A stretch of 51,211 nt of DNA, filler included, from an uncultured virus (IMG/VR IMGVR_UViG_2061766007_002667) (4 parts of one record of this genome joined end to end with filler, not necessarily neighbours in it); one strand, 5' to 3'. Numbered from the whole stretch's first letter, positions 10,203 through 21,891 are shown. Notes: generated by a model from the letters alone, not told the origin. Numbers and translations: made by a program.

Positions 10203-10915
10203 ATGACAACAAAAATACAACAAGAATTTAAAGAAGCTGTAGATCTTTTATTAACAGAAAGAAATGTTCGTGGTAAAGAACTACGTAATTTAGATAATAG
10301 TCTTTCTAAAACTAAATTTAAACAATTATCTAATGCTGCAAATAATCCAGAAGCTTTTTATGATGCTCCTGAAGAAATTCAAAGTAATATTTATTCTGCA
10401 GATAAAGATGATACAGCTCGTAAAAATTTAAATTGGCTTTGGTCAAATGATTCTTTTAGACCAAAAAATTATTTAGATACTCATCCAGAATTTTGGCATA
10501 ATTATGTAGAAAAACCAGATAGAAAAAAGAAAATTGTAGGCCAAAGAATTTTAGATAAAGATAAATTTATAAACGCATTGACTAATTTTATGCAAGATTT
10601 ACCAGAAGAAAATCGTATTGATCCAAACGAATTAATTACTACTGATCCAGATAAACCAGGTATAGAGTATTTTAATAAAGAACATCCTTGGGTTAAAAAT
10701 AAAGCAAATCGTCAAGTTTATGCTGATAAATATTATTATCCATGGGTTAATTCTAATTATGGTCAAAGTGGAAGTATGGGTGCTAAAACAGGTGTAAGTA
10801 AATTAAAACACTATCAAAATGCTTCTGATGAAATAAAACAAAATTTTTATGATCAAATAAAGATAGATCAGGCAAATAAAGCTGCTAGAAATATTCAACG
10901 TGGTTTTGATAATAA
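10203..10915 (+). CDS. Putative virion/internal head protein, N-terminal part
   Basis: Leader MTTKIQQEFKEAVDLLLTE; preceded by the 13-bp motif; runs into a ~950-nt gap. Confidence 0.6.
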
Positions 10916-11861
10916 NNNNNNNNNNNNNNNNNNNNNNNNNNNNNNNNNNNNNNNNNNNNNNNNNNNNNNNNNNNNNNNNNNNNNNNNNNNNNNNNNNNNN
11001 NNNNNNNNNNNNNNNNNNNNNNNNNNNNNNNNNNNNNNNNNNNNNNNNNNNNNNNNNNNNNNNNNNNNNNNNNNNNNNNNNNNNNNNNNNNNNNNNNNNN
11101 NNNNNNNNNNNNNNNNNNNNNNNNNNNNNNNNNNNNNNNNNNNNNNNNNNNNNNNNNNNNNNNNNNNNNNNNNNNNNNNNNNNNNNNNNNNNNNNNNNNN
11201 NNNNNNNNNNNNNNNNNNNNNNNNNNNNNNNNNNNNNNNNNNNNNNNNNNNNNNNNNNNNNNNNNNNNNNNNNNNNNNNNNNNNNNNNNNNNNNNNNNNN
11301 NNNNNNNNNNNNNNNNNNNNNNNNNNNNNNNNNNNNNNNNNNNNNNNNNNNNNNNNNNNNNNNNNNNNNNNNNNNNNNNNNNNNNNNNNNNNNNNNNNNN
11401 NNNNNNNNNNNNNNNNNNNNNNNNNNNNNNNNNNNNNNNNNNNNNNNNNNNNNNNNNNNNNNNNNNNNNNNNNNNNNNNNNNNNNNNNNNNNNNNNNNNN
11501 NNNNNNNNNNNNNNNNNNNNNNNNNNNNNNNNNNNNNNNNNNNNNNNNNNNNNNNNNNNNNNNNNNNNNNNNNNNNNNNNNNNNNNNNNNNNNNNNNNNN
11601 NNNNNNNNNNNNNNNNNNNNNNNNNNNNNNNNNNNNNNNNNNNNNNNNNNNNNNNNNNNNNNNNNNNNNNNNNNNNNNNNNNNNNNNNNNNNNNNNNNNN
11701 NNNNNNNNNNNNNNNNNNNNNNNNNNNNNNNNNNNNNNNNNNNNNNNNNNNNNNNNNNNNNNNNNNNNNNNNNNNNNNNNNNNNNNNNNNNNNNNNNNNN
11801 NNNNNNNNNNNNNNNNNNNNNNNNNNNNNNNNNNNNNNNNNNNNNNNNNNNNNNNNNNNNN

Positions 11862-12245
11862 TTTATATTTGATAAAGATATAAATAGCATCAAAACTAAT
11901 CACACACTAAAAACAGTAATAAATAAACTAACTAAAAAAGAAATTGTTGATTCTGGAGAATTATATTTTTATTGGGAAGAATTACAAATGACTAATGAAA
12001 TTCCAGAAACATTATATCCAAAGATGGAAACTGTTATTGTAACATCTTCAGGCAAAAAAGTTAATTTATTAGATTTATCAGAAGATCAATTACATAAGAT
12101 TAATGTTTGTATTGATGATACATTTAGAATTTTGAATAAAGAAGGAAAACTTATTGAAACTACAAATATTAAACCAACTTTATTTCAAATTTTATATGGT
12201 TTAATTTGTGAATTAAATTTATTTAAAAGAGAATTAAATGTATGA
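11862..12245 (+). CDS. Hypothetical protein, C-terminal part
   Basis: Open frame after the gap; stop overlaps the next start. Confidence 0.5.
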   Translation, partial: FIFDKDINSIKTNHTLKTVINKLTKKEIVDSGELYFYWEELQMTNEIPETLYPKMETVIVTSSGKKVNLLDLSEDQLHKINVCIDDTFRILNKEGKLIETTNIKPTLFQILYGLICELNLFKRELNV

Positions 12246-12435
12246 GACTTTATATTTAAAGATTAGCGGAAATGGACGTGATAAAATTATAAATATGATA
12301 GCTAAGTTTTCCGAAACTTGTGAAATTTGGCAATATAAAAAAGAATATATTATAAATATACCACCAAAATTACGTGGACAATCTTCAAAATATCCAAAGC
12401 TAAGTAGTGAAGATTATTATAAATGTGTGAAAAAC
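12238..12435 (+). CDS. Hypothetical protein, truncated by scaffold end
   Basis: ORF overlapping the previous stop. Confidence 0.45.
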
Positions 12436-12535
12436 NNNNNNNNNNNNNNNNNNNNNNNNNNNNNNNNNNNNNNNNNNNNTTAATTAATTAANNNNNNNNN
12501 NNNNNNNNNNNNNNNNNNNNNNNNNNNNNNNNNNN
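12436..12535. other. Artificial scaffold-joining linker
   Basis: 44 N + TTAATTAATTAA + 44 N. Confidence 0.95.
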
Positions 12536-12989
12536 TGCAATTTTAGATGGTGGAATGTCAAGTAGATTATTTCAAGAAGTCCGCGAAAAACATGGATTAG
12601 GATATATAGTCGATGAATTTGTTTGGCAACATTCAAACGCTGGAACAATTGGAGTTTATTGTGCTGTTGAACCAAAAGATTTAGATGAAGCAATTAAAGT
12701 TTGTAAAGAAACTGTATTTTCAATGCATAATATTACACAAGAAGAATTAGATATTGCTAAAAATAAAGTTTTATATCAATTGGCAATTAGTTATGATAGA
12801 TCTATGGGTCAAGCTGAAAAGAATGCAATTTCTTTATTATTGAAACATAAAATTGAATCATATGAAGAATTAAAAGAAAAAATAAGAAAAATTACAATAG
12901 ATGATGTTTTAACTTTTGTTAATCAATATATAACAGATAAAGTTAGTATAGCTATTTTGGAACCTTCTAAAAAATGGAATAAAATTTGA
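12536..12989 (+). CDS. M16 (insulinase-family) peptidase, C-terminal part
   Basis: ILDGGMSSRLFQEVREKHGLGY signature; ITQEELDIAK; IRKITIDDV. N-terminus with HxxEH lost at the scaffold edge. Confidence 0.88.
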
Positions 12990-12990
12990 T

Positions 12991-13244
12991 ATGTATTTAA
13001 GACAAACTGATCCATTGCCAAAAAATTTATACCTAAATAAACANNNNNNNNNNNNNNNNNNNNNNAATACTAAAGTATTTGAAAGTAAATTAGAATTAAT
13101 AAAAGAAATTAATCTTTTAAACGTTTTAGATACAAAAGAATTATTTGATTTATATAAAATTAAACATATAAGTCATAGACATTCTGGTAATCATTTTAAT
13201 AGTTTAACAGATGCTTTTGGAGAATTTATAAAAACTACTGGATA
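12991..13244 (+). CDS. Hypothetical protein, partial
   Basis: ORF running into gap. Confidence 0.4.
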
Positions 13245-13799
13245 NNNNNNNNNNNNNNNNNNNNNNNNNNNNNNNNNNNNNNNNNNNNNNNNNNNNNNNN
13301 NNNNNNNNNNNNNNNNNNNNNNNNNNNNNNNNNNNNNNNNNNNNNNNNNNNNNNNNNNNNNNNNNNNNNNNNNNNNNNNNNNNNNNNNNNNNNNNNNNNN
13401 NNNNNNNNNNNNNNNNNNNNNNNNNNNNNNNNNNNNNNNNNNNNNNNNNNNNNNNNNNNNNNNNNNNNNNNNNNNNNNNNNNNNNNNNNNNNNNNNNNNN
13501 NNNNNNNNNNNNNNNNNNNNNNNNNNNNNNNNNNNNNNNNNNNNNNNNNNNNNNNNNNNNNNNNNNNNNNNNNNNNNNNNNNNNNNNNNNNNNNNNNNNN
13601 NNNNNNNNNNNNNNNNNNNNNNNNNNNNNNNNNNNNNNNNNNNNNNNNNNNNNNNNNNNNNNNNNNNNNNNNNNNNNNNNNNNNNNNNNNNNNNNNNNNN
13701 NNNNNNNNNNNNNNNNNNNNNNNNNNNNNNNNNNNNNNNNNNAAGAAAGCAATTCAAGTTTGGAATGCAACAATGACAAATGCTAGTGGAGAATAAAAA

Positions 13800-14245
13800 A
13801 TGAAAACCACAAATGGAAAAAGAGTTTTACAATGGTTAAATCATTTTATTGATATGGCAAAACTTATTTCTACAATGTCTAAAGATCCTTCTAAAAAAAT
13901 TGGTGTAGTAATTGTAGATGAACATAATAGAGTAGTTTCTACAGGTTTTAATGGCTTTCCTAGAGGTATAGAAGATAGTCAAGAACGTTTAGAAAATAAA
14001 GATTATAAGCGTGCTATTACATTACATGCAGAAGAAAATGCAATATTATATGCAAAACAAGATTTAACCGGATGTGATATGTATATTTATGGTTTACCGC
14101 CTTGTTCACATTGTGCGGCTATGATTATTCAAAGTGGTATTAGAAATGTTTATTATAGAATACCAGATGAATATGAAATATCAGATCATTGGAAAGAAAA
14201 TTTAGCAATAGCTGAAACAATTTTGAATGAAGTTGGAATTAANNN
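13800..14245 (+). CDS. dCMP deaminase
   Basis: SKDPSKKIG, STGFNGFPRG, HAEENA, PCSHC zinc motifs. Stop presumed in gap 14243-14265. Confidence 0.92.
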
Positions 14246-14270
14246 NNNNNNNNNNNNNNNNNNNNAAGCG

Positions 14271-16220
14271 ATGAACATACAAATCAAAGAAATATTAAAA
14301 AAATGTAACGAAGCTTATTCTAAAGGTGAAGAATACTGTTTAAAAGATGATGAAGTACCTGTAATAGAAAATGAATTTAGTATTGTTTTACCCTATATAT
14401 TTGTAGATGATTCTTTATATGATATAATTTACTTTTGTGCTAAAGAAAAATGGCCAGAAGATTCATTTTTTAATAAATTGACTTCAGAAAATACTGGATA
14501 TGGACAAGATATTATTCATGAAATACCAATGGGTAGTATGGAAGAATTAAAAGAAGGCGATTTGGAAAAATGGACTAAAGGTCATGAGCAATTTTTAATT
14601 TCAGATAAATTAGATGGATGTTCTTTAATCCTTACATATGAAAATGGTGAATTAACCGTGGCTGCTACACGTGGGCATGGAACTAAAGGCAAAGATATCA
14701 TGAGACATGTTCAAAATGTAGGATTTCCTAAAAAAATAAATTACAAAGATAAAATAATAATTAGAGGTGAGTTATTATTTCCAAAAATCGCAATACCAAC
14801 AATATTAAATTTATTAGAGCAAGTTAGTGGCAAAAAACAAAAAAATGGTAGAAATACTATAGCCGGAGCATTAAATAGTAAAGAAACCAAACCTTATATT
14901 TTTGAACAAACAGAATTTGTAGCTTATTGGACCTCTAAGGATCAAGGTACATTAAAAGCGTTTGAATTTTTAAAAAATGAAGGTTTTATTACTCCTTTTT
15001 ATCAAATATTATCTGCTGAAACATTAACCGATGATAATATGATTGATTTAGTTAAAACTCGTATAAAATTTTCTGATTATGAATTAGATGGTCTTATAAT
15101 AACTCAATTAGATAATATTGAAAATGGATTTGTAGGTGGAACAATAAATCCAAAATGCAGTCGTAAATTTAAATTAGGTATTTATGATAATATTGCAGAA
15201 TCTACTGTTACTAATATAAATTGGCAAATAAGTAGATGGGGAGTATTTACTCCAGTATTAGAAATTGAACCAGTAAATGTTGTTGGAGCTTTAATTACAA
15301 ATATTACAGCCCATAATTATGATAATGTAATTAAATCTAAATGTGGTATTGGTTCTAAAATAAAATTTAAAAGGGCAGGTTTAGTTATTCCAAAATTAGA
15401 AGAAGTTTTAATACCTTCTGAAAACTATAATTTACCAAAATGTAAAACTAAAGTAGAAGGTGTTGATTTGGTATATATTTGGTCCGAGGATACTCCAGAA
15501 TACGCTAGAGAAATGGGTATAAGAAGACTAGAATATTTTGGTGAAAAATTAGATATTGAACAATTAGGATATGGAAATTGTGCAAAAATATATGATGAGT
15601 ATATAAATGATAATTATTTACATTTATATGATAATCCATATCGTATTTATGAGCTCCCAGAAGGCGAAATTACAAAATTAATAGGTGAGAATGGTAAAAA
15701 GATAGAAGCTAGCTTAAAAGCCAAAAAAAGTACCTTTACGGAGACACAATTTGCAGCAGCATGTGGTAGTTTTGGTCCAGACATTGGAGAAAGAGTATTA
15801 AATCTTGTTTGGAATGCTTATGGTACTTTAGAGCACATGACAGAAGAAAAATTACAAGCTTTAGAAGGCTTTGGTAAAGCTAGAATTGAGCAATATCTCG
15901 AATATGAACATTTATGGTATATGACTAAAATTCATATACAATTAAATAGTTATGGAATAGAATTTAAATCACAAGAAAAAGAAATAGAATCAACTATTTG
16001 TGCCAAATATAATGTATGTTTTTCAGGTATTAGAGACAAAGCTTTAGAAGCATATATTAATAAAAATGGTGGAGAAGCATCTGATAAATGGAATAAAAAT
16101 GTGAATTGTTTAGTAGTAAAAGATTTATATGGAACTTCTAGTAAAATAGAAAAAGCAAGAAAAGCAAATATAAGAATTTGTACTTTAGAAGATTTAAAAG
16201 AGGAGTTAAATTATGACTAG
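14271..16220 (+). CDS. ligA: NAD-dependent DNA ligase
   Basis: SDKLDG (motif I), ATRGHG, RGE, RN..AGAL, ELDGLI, OB-fold WQISRWGVFTP, HhH, C-terminal BRCT (VCFSG...SSKIEKA). Confidence 0.93.
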   Translation: MNIQIKEILKKCNEAYSKGEEYCLKDDEVPVIENEFSIVLPYIFVDDSLYDIIYFCAKEKWPEDSFFNKLTSENTGYGQDIIHEIPMGSMEELKEGDLEKWTKGHEQFLISDKLDGCSLILTYENGELTVAATRGHGTKGKDIMRHVQNVGFPKKINYKDKIIIRGELLFPKIAIPTILNLLEQVSGKKQKNGRNTIAGALNSKETKPYIFEQTEFVAYWTSKDQGTLKAFEFLKNEGFITPFYQILSAETLTDDNMIDLVKTRIKFSDYELDGLIITQLDNIENGFVGGTINPKCSRKFKLGIYDNIAESTVTNINWQISRWGVFTPVLEIEPVNVVGALITNITAHNYDNVIKSKCGIGSKIKFKRAGLVIPKLEEVLIPSENYNLPKCKTKVEGVDLVYIWSEDTPEYAREMGIRRLEYFGEKLDIEQLGYGNCAKIYDEYINDNYLHLYDNPYRIYELPEGEITKLIGENGKKIEASLKAKKSTFTETQFAAACGSFGPDIGERVLNLVWNAYGTLEHMTEEKLQALEGFGKARIEQYLEYEHLWYMTKIHIQLNSYGIEFKSQEKEIESTICAKYNVCFSGIRDKALEAYINKNGGEASDKWNKNVNCLVVKDLYGTSSKIEKARKANIRICTLEDLKEELNYD

Positions 16221-16494
16221 TACTATAGAAGATGCTGTTATAAGTAATTGTAAAATAACTGGAGATTGTACAATAGATAATTATCTTATTCAACAACCTA
16301 TATCAACTGTATGTACAACTTCTAATATTTTAGAATATGCTGGAGAAATAGTAAGAAATGGTTTACAAATGTTAAGTAAACAAGAATTAGCTAAGATTTT
16401 TTATGATAATTTAATATATGATTTATTATCAGATCAAGATANNNNNNNNNNNNNNNNNNAATTATGCGTCTGTTATACAAAGTTTAATAAATAG
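16213..16494 (+). CDS. Hypothetical protein
   Basis: Overlaps ligase stop; GGAG RBS. Confidence 0.55.
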   Translation: MTSTIEDAVISNCKITGDCTIDNYLIQQPISTVCTTSNILEYAGEIVRNGLQMLSKQELAKIFYDNLIYDLLSDQDXXXXXXXLCVCYTKFNK

Positions 16495-16503
16495 GAAATA
16501 ACG

Positions 16504-16620
16504 ATGACTGCATTATATAATAACATTTTTAGCAATTGTACTTCATTGAAAAATATAGAATTTCCATCTCTTACTGTATTTTCTTCTAATAAAATTAATG
16601 AGATAAATGAAGCTTATAAA
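16504..16620 (+). CDS. Protein beginning with a BspA-type leucine-rich repeat (partial)
   Basis: IFSNCTSLKNIEFPSLT matches the FxxCxxLxxIxLPxxL repeat; remainder in gap. Confidence 0.4.
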
Positions 16621-17453
16621 NNNNNNNNNNNNNNNNNNNNNNNNNNNNNNNNNNNNNNNNNNNNNNNNNNNNNNNNNNNNNNNNNNNNNNNNNNNNNNNN
16701 NNNNNNNNNNNNNNNNNNNNNNNNNNNNNNNNNNNNNNNNNNNNNNNNNNNNNNNNNNNNNNNNNNNNNNNNNNNNNNNNNNNNNNNNNNNNNNNNNNNN
16801 NNNNNNNNNNNNNNNNNNNNNNNNNNNNNNNNNNNNNNNNNNNNNNNNNNNNNNNNNNNNNNNNNNNNNNNNNNNNNNNNNNNNNNNNNNNNNNNNNNNN
16901 NNNNNNNNNNNNNNNNNNNNNNNNNNNNNNNNNNNNNNNNNNNNNNNNNNNNNNNNNNNNNNNNNNNNNNNNNNNNNNNNNNNNNNNNNNNNNNNNNNNN
17001 NNNNNNNNNNNNNNNNNNNNNNNNNNNNNNNNNNNNNNNNNNNNNNNNNNNNNNNNNNNNNNNNNNNNNNNNNNNNNNNNNNNNNNNNNNNNNNNNNNNN
17101 NNNNNNNNNNNNNNNNNNNNNNNNNNNNNNNNNNNNNNNNNNNNNNNNNNNNNNNNNNNNNNNNNNNNNNNNNNNNNNNNNNNNNNNNNNNNNNNNNNNN
17201 NNNNNNNNNNNNNNNNNNNNNNNNNNNNNNNNNNNNNNNNNNNNNNNNNNNNNNNNNNNNNNNNNNNNNNNNNNNNNNNNNNNNNNNNNNNNNNNNNNNN
17301 NNNNNNNNNNNNNNNNNNNNNNNNNNNNNNNNNNNNNNNNNNNNNNNNNNNNNNNNNNNNNNNNNNNNNNNNNNNNNNNNNNNNNNNNNNNNNNNNNNNN
17401 NNNNNNNNNNNNNNNNNNNNNAATAGAAGCAATCGTTTAAGAAGGATAAATAA

Positions 17454-17969
17454 ATGGAAAATAGATATTTGTTTGTAACGCGTGGATTACCGGGGGCTGG
17501 AAAATCAACTTTTATTAAAAACACTTTTCCAATAGGAATTACTATAATTTGTCCAGATGCACTAAGATTACAAGAGTTTGCAAGATTAAAGAAAAAATAT
17601 GTCAAAGCTTTATCACGTGTTGAAACACCAATAAATGAACATAAAATTTGGACGATTGCTTTTAAAAATTTAGAAGCGTCTTTACAAAAAAATAAATATA
17701 CTGTTTTTGATGCTACAAATACTTTAGAACGGTATTTAACAAAATATAATAAATTATGTAAACAATATAATGTAAAACTGATTATTATTTCTTTTGAAAA
17801 AGTTAACATTGATGAATGTAAAAAAAGAAATAGTACTCGTGGTGTTTTTCAATATGTACCTGAAGAAGTAATTGATCGTATGCAAAAACAATTAAGCAAT
17901 GGTATTCAAGGTGAAACAAAAAATTATATAATTGATTACGATGTTTTTGATTTAAAAAATTTTAATTAG
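17454..17969 (+). CDS. Polynucleotide kinase (AAA_33/Pnk kinase domain only)
   Basis: RGLPGAGKST P-loop, CPDALR, VFDATN, RN..R..VPEEVIDRM. Confidence 0.88.
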   Translation: MENRYLFVTRGLPGAGKSTFIKNTFPIGITIICPDALRLQEFARLKKKYVKALSRVETPINEHKIWTIAFKNLEASLQKNKYTVFDATNTLERYLTKYNKLCKQYNVKLIIISFEKVNIDECKKRNSTRGVFQYVPEEVIDRMQKQLSNGIQGETKNYIIDYDVFDLKNFN

Positions 17970-17980
17970 GATAAAAATAA

Positions 17981-19168
17981 ATGCTTTACCAACCACTATT
18001 GGATTTAATAAGAAAAAATAAAAATTGGCAAGAATTTTTAAAAAATGAACCTAGATTTATTTCAGTAAAACAATGTACATGGACTAATAAAGATGGTTCA
18101 TTAAAATATCCATATTTGTATATGTTATCTTATGATGGAATTTTTAGTGATTTTAATGACGAAATAGTTAGACTATGCAGAGGATGTGTTGTTTCTTTAG
18201 AAAATCCTTTAAATCCAGAAATGATTGTTGAACCATTTTATAAGTTTGGAAATGAGGGTCAGTCTTTTTGTCCTAAAATAGATTGGTCATCGGCTTTAGT
18301 AGAACAAAAAGTAGATGGTATTTTAATAAAGCTTTTTAATTATAAAAATGAATGGTATTGGATTACAAATAATGGTTGGGATATTACAGTACCAAATTCT
18401 TTTATAACAAAATTACCTTCAAAATTCAGAGAAGAAGAAACAGACAATTGTAAAACAGTAAAAGATTTAATAGAATATTCTTTACTTAATATTAATTTTA
18501 ATTTAAAAACTTGNNNNNNNNNNNNNNNNNNNNNNNNNNNNNNNNNNNNNNNNNNNNNNNNNNNNAAAACAAAATTAATATATTTAGGATGCAGAAATAA
18601 TTATACTGGCTTAGAATTAACATTAGAACAAGCCTATACTATTAATCCAAATTTAAAAATGTTTGATACTGTAAAATATTTTGATTTACATAATATTGAT
18701 GAAGTACTAGCTTTGTGCAATACTTATAAAGGTGATGAAGATGAAGGTGTAGTTGTTGTAGATAAATATTTTAATCGAGTTAAAATCAAATGTGAAAATT
18801 ATATACTTTTAAAAGGTTATAGAAATGCTTTTGATACAACAGATGAAAAAATTTTTAAAGGTATTAAAGAAAATACAATTGATGATGCTATAGGTGCTTT
18901 TCCAGAAATACAAAATACTGTAAATAAAATTAAAAATGATTTAATTGCTTATAAATCGTTTTTAATTAGTATTGTAAACAAAGGTAAAGAGCATTTAGAA
19001 GTATTAAAGCAAAAAGTCAGCTCTGATTTAGTAAGAAAAGAATATGCAAATTGGGTAAAAGCATTAAATACACCTTATGCTTTTGCTTATTTTGAANNNN
19101 NNNNNNNNNNNAATCATTTAAATAAAATTCAATATAAAGATATTAAAAAAGCTCTTAATAAAGAATAA
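17981..19168 (+). CDS. RNA ligase, T4 Rnl1-like
   Basis: CRG, PFYKFGN, EQKVDG (motif I), EGVVV (IV), RVKIK (V); directly follows the Pnk gene. Confidence 0.88.
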   Translation: MLYQPLLDLIRKNKNWQEFLKNEPRFISVKQCTWTNKDGSLKYPYLYMLSYDGIFSDFNDEIVRLCRGCVVSLENPLNPEMIVEPFYKFGNEGQSFCPKIDWSSALVEQKVDGILIKLFNYKNEWYWITNNGWDITVPNSFITKLPSKFREEETDNCKTVKDLIEYSLLNINFNLKTXXXXXXXXXXXXXXXXXXKTKLIYLGCRNNYTGLELTLEQAYTINPNLKMFDTVKYFDLHNIDEVLALCNTYKGDEDEGVVVVDKYFNRVKIKCENYILLKGYRNAFDTTDEKIFKGIKENTIDDAIGAFPEIQNTVNKIKNDLIAYKSFLISIVNKGKEHLEVLKQKVSSDLVRKEYANWVKALNTPYAFAYFEXXXXXNHLNKIQYKDIKKALNKE

Positions 19169-19174
19169 TTTTGC

Positions 19175-19205
19175 TTTACTAATTATAAAAAGCATTCTAT
19201 ATAAT
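19175..19205 (+). promoter_or_regulatory. Sigma70-like promoter TTTACT-N17-TATATA(AT)
   Basis: Intergenic; same pattern as 315-343. Confidence 0.4.
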
Positions 19206-20168
19206 AAAATATCTTGTTTTTTATTGGATAAAAATATGTTTTTCAAAAAATTAACATCNNNNNNNNNNNNNNNNNNNNNNNNNNNNNNNNNNNNNNNNNN
19301 NNNNNNNNNNNNNNNNNNNNNNNNNNNNNNNNNNNNNNNNNNNNNNNNNNNNNNNNNNNNNNNNNNNNNNNNNNNNNNNNNNNNNNNNNNNNNNNNNNNN
19401 NNNNNNNNNNNNNNNNNNNNNNNNNNNNNNNNNNNNNNNNNNNNNNNNNNNNNNNNNNNNNNNNNNNNNNNNNNNNNNNNNNNNNNNNNNNNNNNNNNNN
19501 NNNNNNNNNNNNNNNNNNNNNNNNNNNNNNNNNNNNNNNNNNNNNNNNNNNNNNNNNNNNNNNNNNNNNNNNNNNNNNNNNNNNNNNNNNNNNNNNNNNN
19601 NNNNNNNNNNNNNNNNNNNNNNNNNNNNNNNNNNNNNNNNNNNNNNNNNNNNNNNNNNNNNNNNNNNNNNNNNNNNNNNNNNNNNNNNNNNNNNNNNNNN
19701 NNNNNNNNNNNNNNNNNNNNNNNNNNNNNNNNNNNNNNNNNNNNNNNNNNNNNNNNNNNNNNNNNNNNNNNNNNNNNNNNNNNNNNNNNNNNNNNNNNNN
19801 NNNNNNNNNNNNNNNNNNNNNNNNNNNNNNNNNNNNNNNNNNNNNNNNNNNNNNNNNNNNNNNNNNNNNNNNNNNNNNNNNNNNNNNNNNNNNNNNNNNN
19901 NNNNNNNNNNNNNNNNNNNNNNNNNNNNNNNNNNNNNNNNNNNNNNNNNNNNNNNNNNNNNNNNNNNNNNNNNNNNNNNNNNNNNNNNNNNNNNNNNNNN
20001 NNNNNNNNNNNNNNNNNNNNNNNNNNNNNNNNNNNNNNNACAAATGATTGCAGCCAATGATTTTTTAATTTGGAGTCCAAAAACGGATGAAAATTTAAAA
20101 GATAATGTAATTAAAATAATTTTACCTGGACATGATGATTACACAGAAGTAACAAAGGATAATATATA

Positions 20169-20345
20169 ATGACTGAAAATGAAACAAAAGATAAATCACT
20201 TAGTAATATACTTGGTATGAACTTTAAAGAAGATGGTACTTGGACAGCTAAAGATATTGGTGCTACTCCAGTTAATCAAAAAACAAACAGAAAACAAAGA
20301 AGAATTGCAAAATCTATTTTAAGAAAAGCTAAAAAGGTAAAATAA
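20169..20345 (+). CDS. Small basic hypothetical protein (58 aa)
   Basis: Below ORF-track cutoff; MTENETKDK...NRKQRRIAKSILRKAKKVK; AAGGA RBS. Confidence 0.55.
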   Translation: MTENETKDKSLSNILGMNFKEDGTWTAKDIGATPVNQKTNRKQRRIAKSILRKAKKVK

Positions 20346-20346
20346 T

Positions 20347-20811
20347 ATGTATACTTATGTTACATTAGATTCTGATCAAGATGTAAATTTAGAATTTGAT
20401 CGAACAAATAATAAAAGAATTCTAGAAAAATTTAAAAGTTGGAATGATAAGTCACATGAATATTCTAATGAAGAAATGGAAAAATTAGAAGAATCATTAG
20501 ATATGCTTTATCATTATCCAACTGCATTTCAAGTAGAAGCTAATGTAGATGAAGTTGAATTATCAGAAAATACAATAGAAGATGCTTACAAAGATATACA
20601 TTCTTATGAAGGTTCTTATGATGATGGATATGAAGATGGCATAAGTCATATTAGAAAATATAAACAAGATATACAATATAAGTATAATATCTTATTCCAA
20701 AAATTAGAGCACTTGTGTTTTAATTATGGAAAACAAGAAGAATTAACAAAAGATGAATTAAAAATAATAAGAGATTTATTACATTATGAATATGGAGATG
20801 GTGCTATATAA
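20347..20811 (+). CDS. Hypothetical acidic protein
   Basis: Intact ORF; YDDGYEDG motif. Confidence 0.65.
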   Translation: MYTYVTLDSDQDVNLEFDRTNNKRILEKFKSWNDKSHEYSNEEMEKLEESLDMLYHYPTAFQVEANVDEVELSENTIEDAYKDIHSYEGSYDDGYEDGISHIRKYKQDIQYKYNILFQKLEHLCFNYGKQEELTKDELKIIRDLLHYEYGDGAI

Positions 20812-21744
20812 TGGTTAAATGTAGAATAATATCAGATTTACATTATACAGCTGGAATAAATGGACCTTATTCTGGTCATACATATTTAACTAGTCCATTT
20901 TATGAACAGTATTATCAAGAACTTCAAAAAGAAAAAAATTGTATAACTCTCATTGCTGGTGATATTGCAGCGGGTATAAATAAACATAATGAATTTTTAC
21001 AATGCTTTTTTAATCAACAACAAGTCATATTTATAGATGGTAATCATCTGTGTTATGAATATACTAAAGATAATAAACACCCAATTTTNNNNNNNNNNNN
21101 NNNNNNNNAATTTCCAAAAGAACATATGTTTTGGCATTATCTTGAAAACGATTGGATATGGATAGATTATCCTAATGTAGCAATAATTGGAAGTACATTC
21201 TATACAGATTATATGTATTGTGATTTAACTTTAGAAGAGTTTAATGATAAACTTAAAGCATGGNNNNNNNNNNNNNNNNNCTTACCTAGTAAGTATGAGC
21301 CGATTACAAAATTGACAAAGCAAACTATAAGAAATGAAACTATGGCTGAAGCTGGTAGTAGAATGAATGATTTTAAATGGGGTAAAGAAAATAATATGTT
21401 TTACCTTTCACCTGAATATTATCTTAAACTTCATAAAAAAGCTAAAAAAGAAGTAAAAAGATGTCATGATGAGATATTATCAGTAAATCCTAATGCTAAA
21501 ATAATTCTTATGACACATCATGGTTTATCACCAAAAATGATAAGTCCTAAATATAAGAAGGGTCTGCTAAATGCAAGTTATGTGTCAGATTTAGAAAATT
21601 GGATTGATAAAAAACTTTCTAATATTAAGCTTGTTATATCCGGACATGTACATAATAGATGTGATTTTACATTTGGAAAAAGAAATGTAAGATATATTGT
21701 TAATCCATGTGGTTATATTCCATACGGAGAAAATAAAAATAAAC
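20811..21744 (+). CDS. Calcineurin-like metallophosphoesterase
   Basis: ISDLH, AGDI, GNH, THH, SGHVH, NPCGY; end in gap. Confidence 0.9.
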
Positions 21745-21891
21745 NNNNNNNNNNNNNNNNNNNNNNNNNNNNNNNNNNNNNNNNNNNNNNNNNNNNNNNN
21801 NNNNNNNNNNNNNNNNNNNNNNNNNNNNNNNNNNNNNNNNNNNNNNNNNNNNNNNNNNNNNNNNNNNNNNNNNNNNNGGAGATTAAAAGTT

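Noticed and set aside
10203..12245. 680-aa ORF and other long X-filled ORFs
   Set aside because: Produced by translating through N runs; no evidence the flanks belong to one gene.
13800..16220. Apparent dCMP deaminase-DNA ligase fusion (806 aa)
   Set aside because: The junction is an N gap exactly where the deaminase should end, and the ligase has its own ATG at 14271. Most likely two genes.
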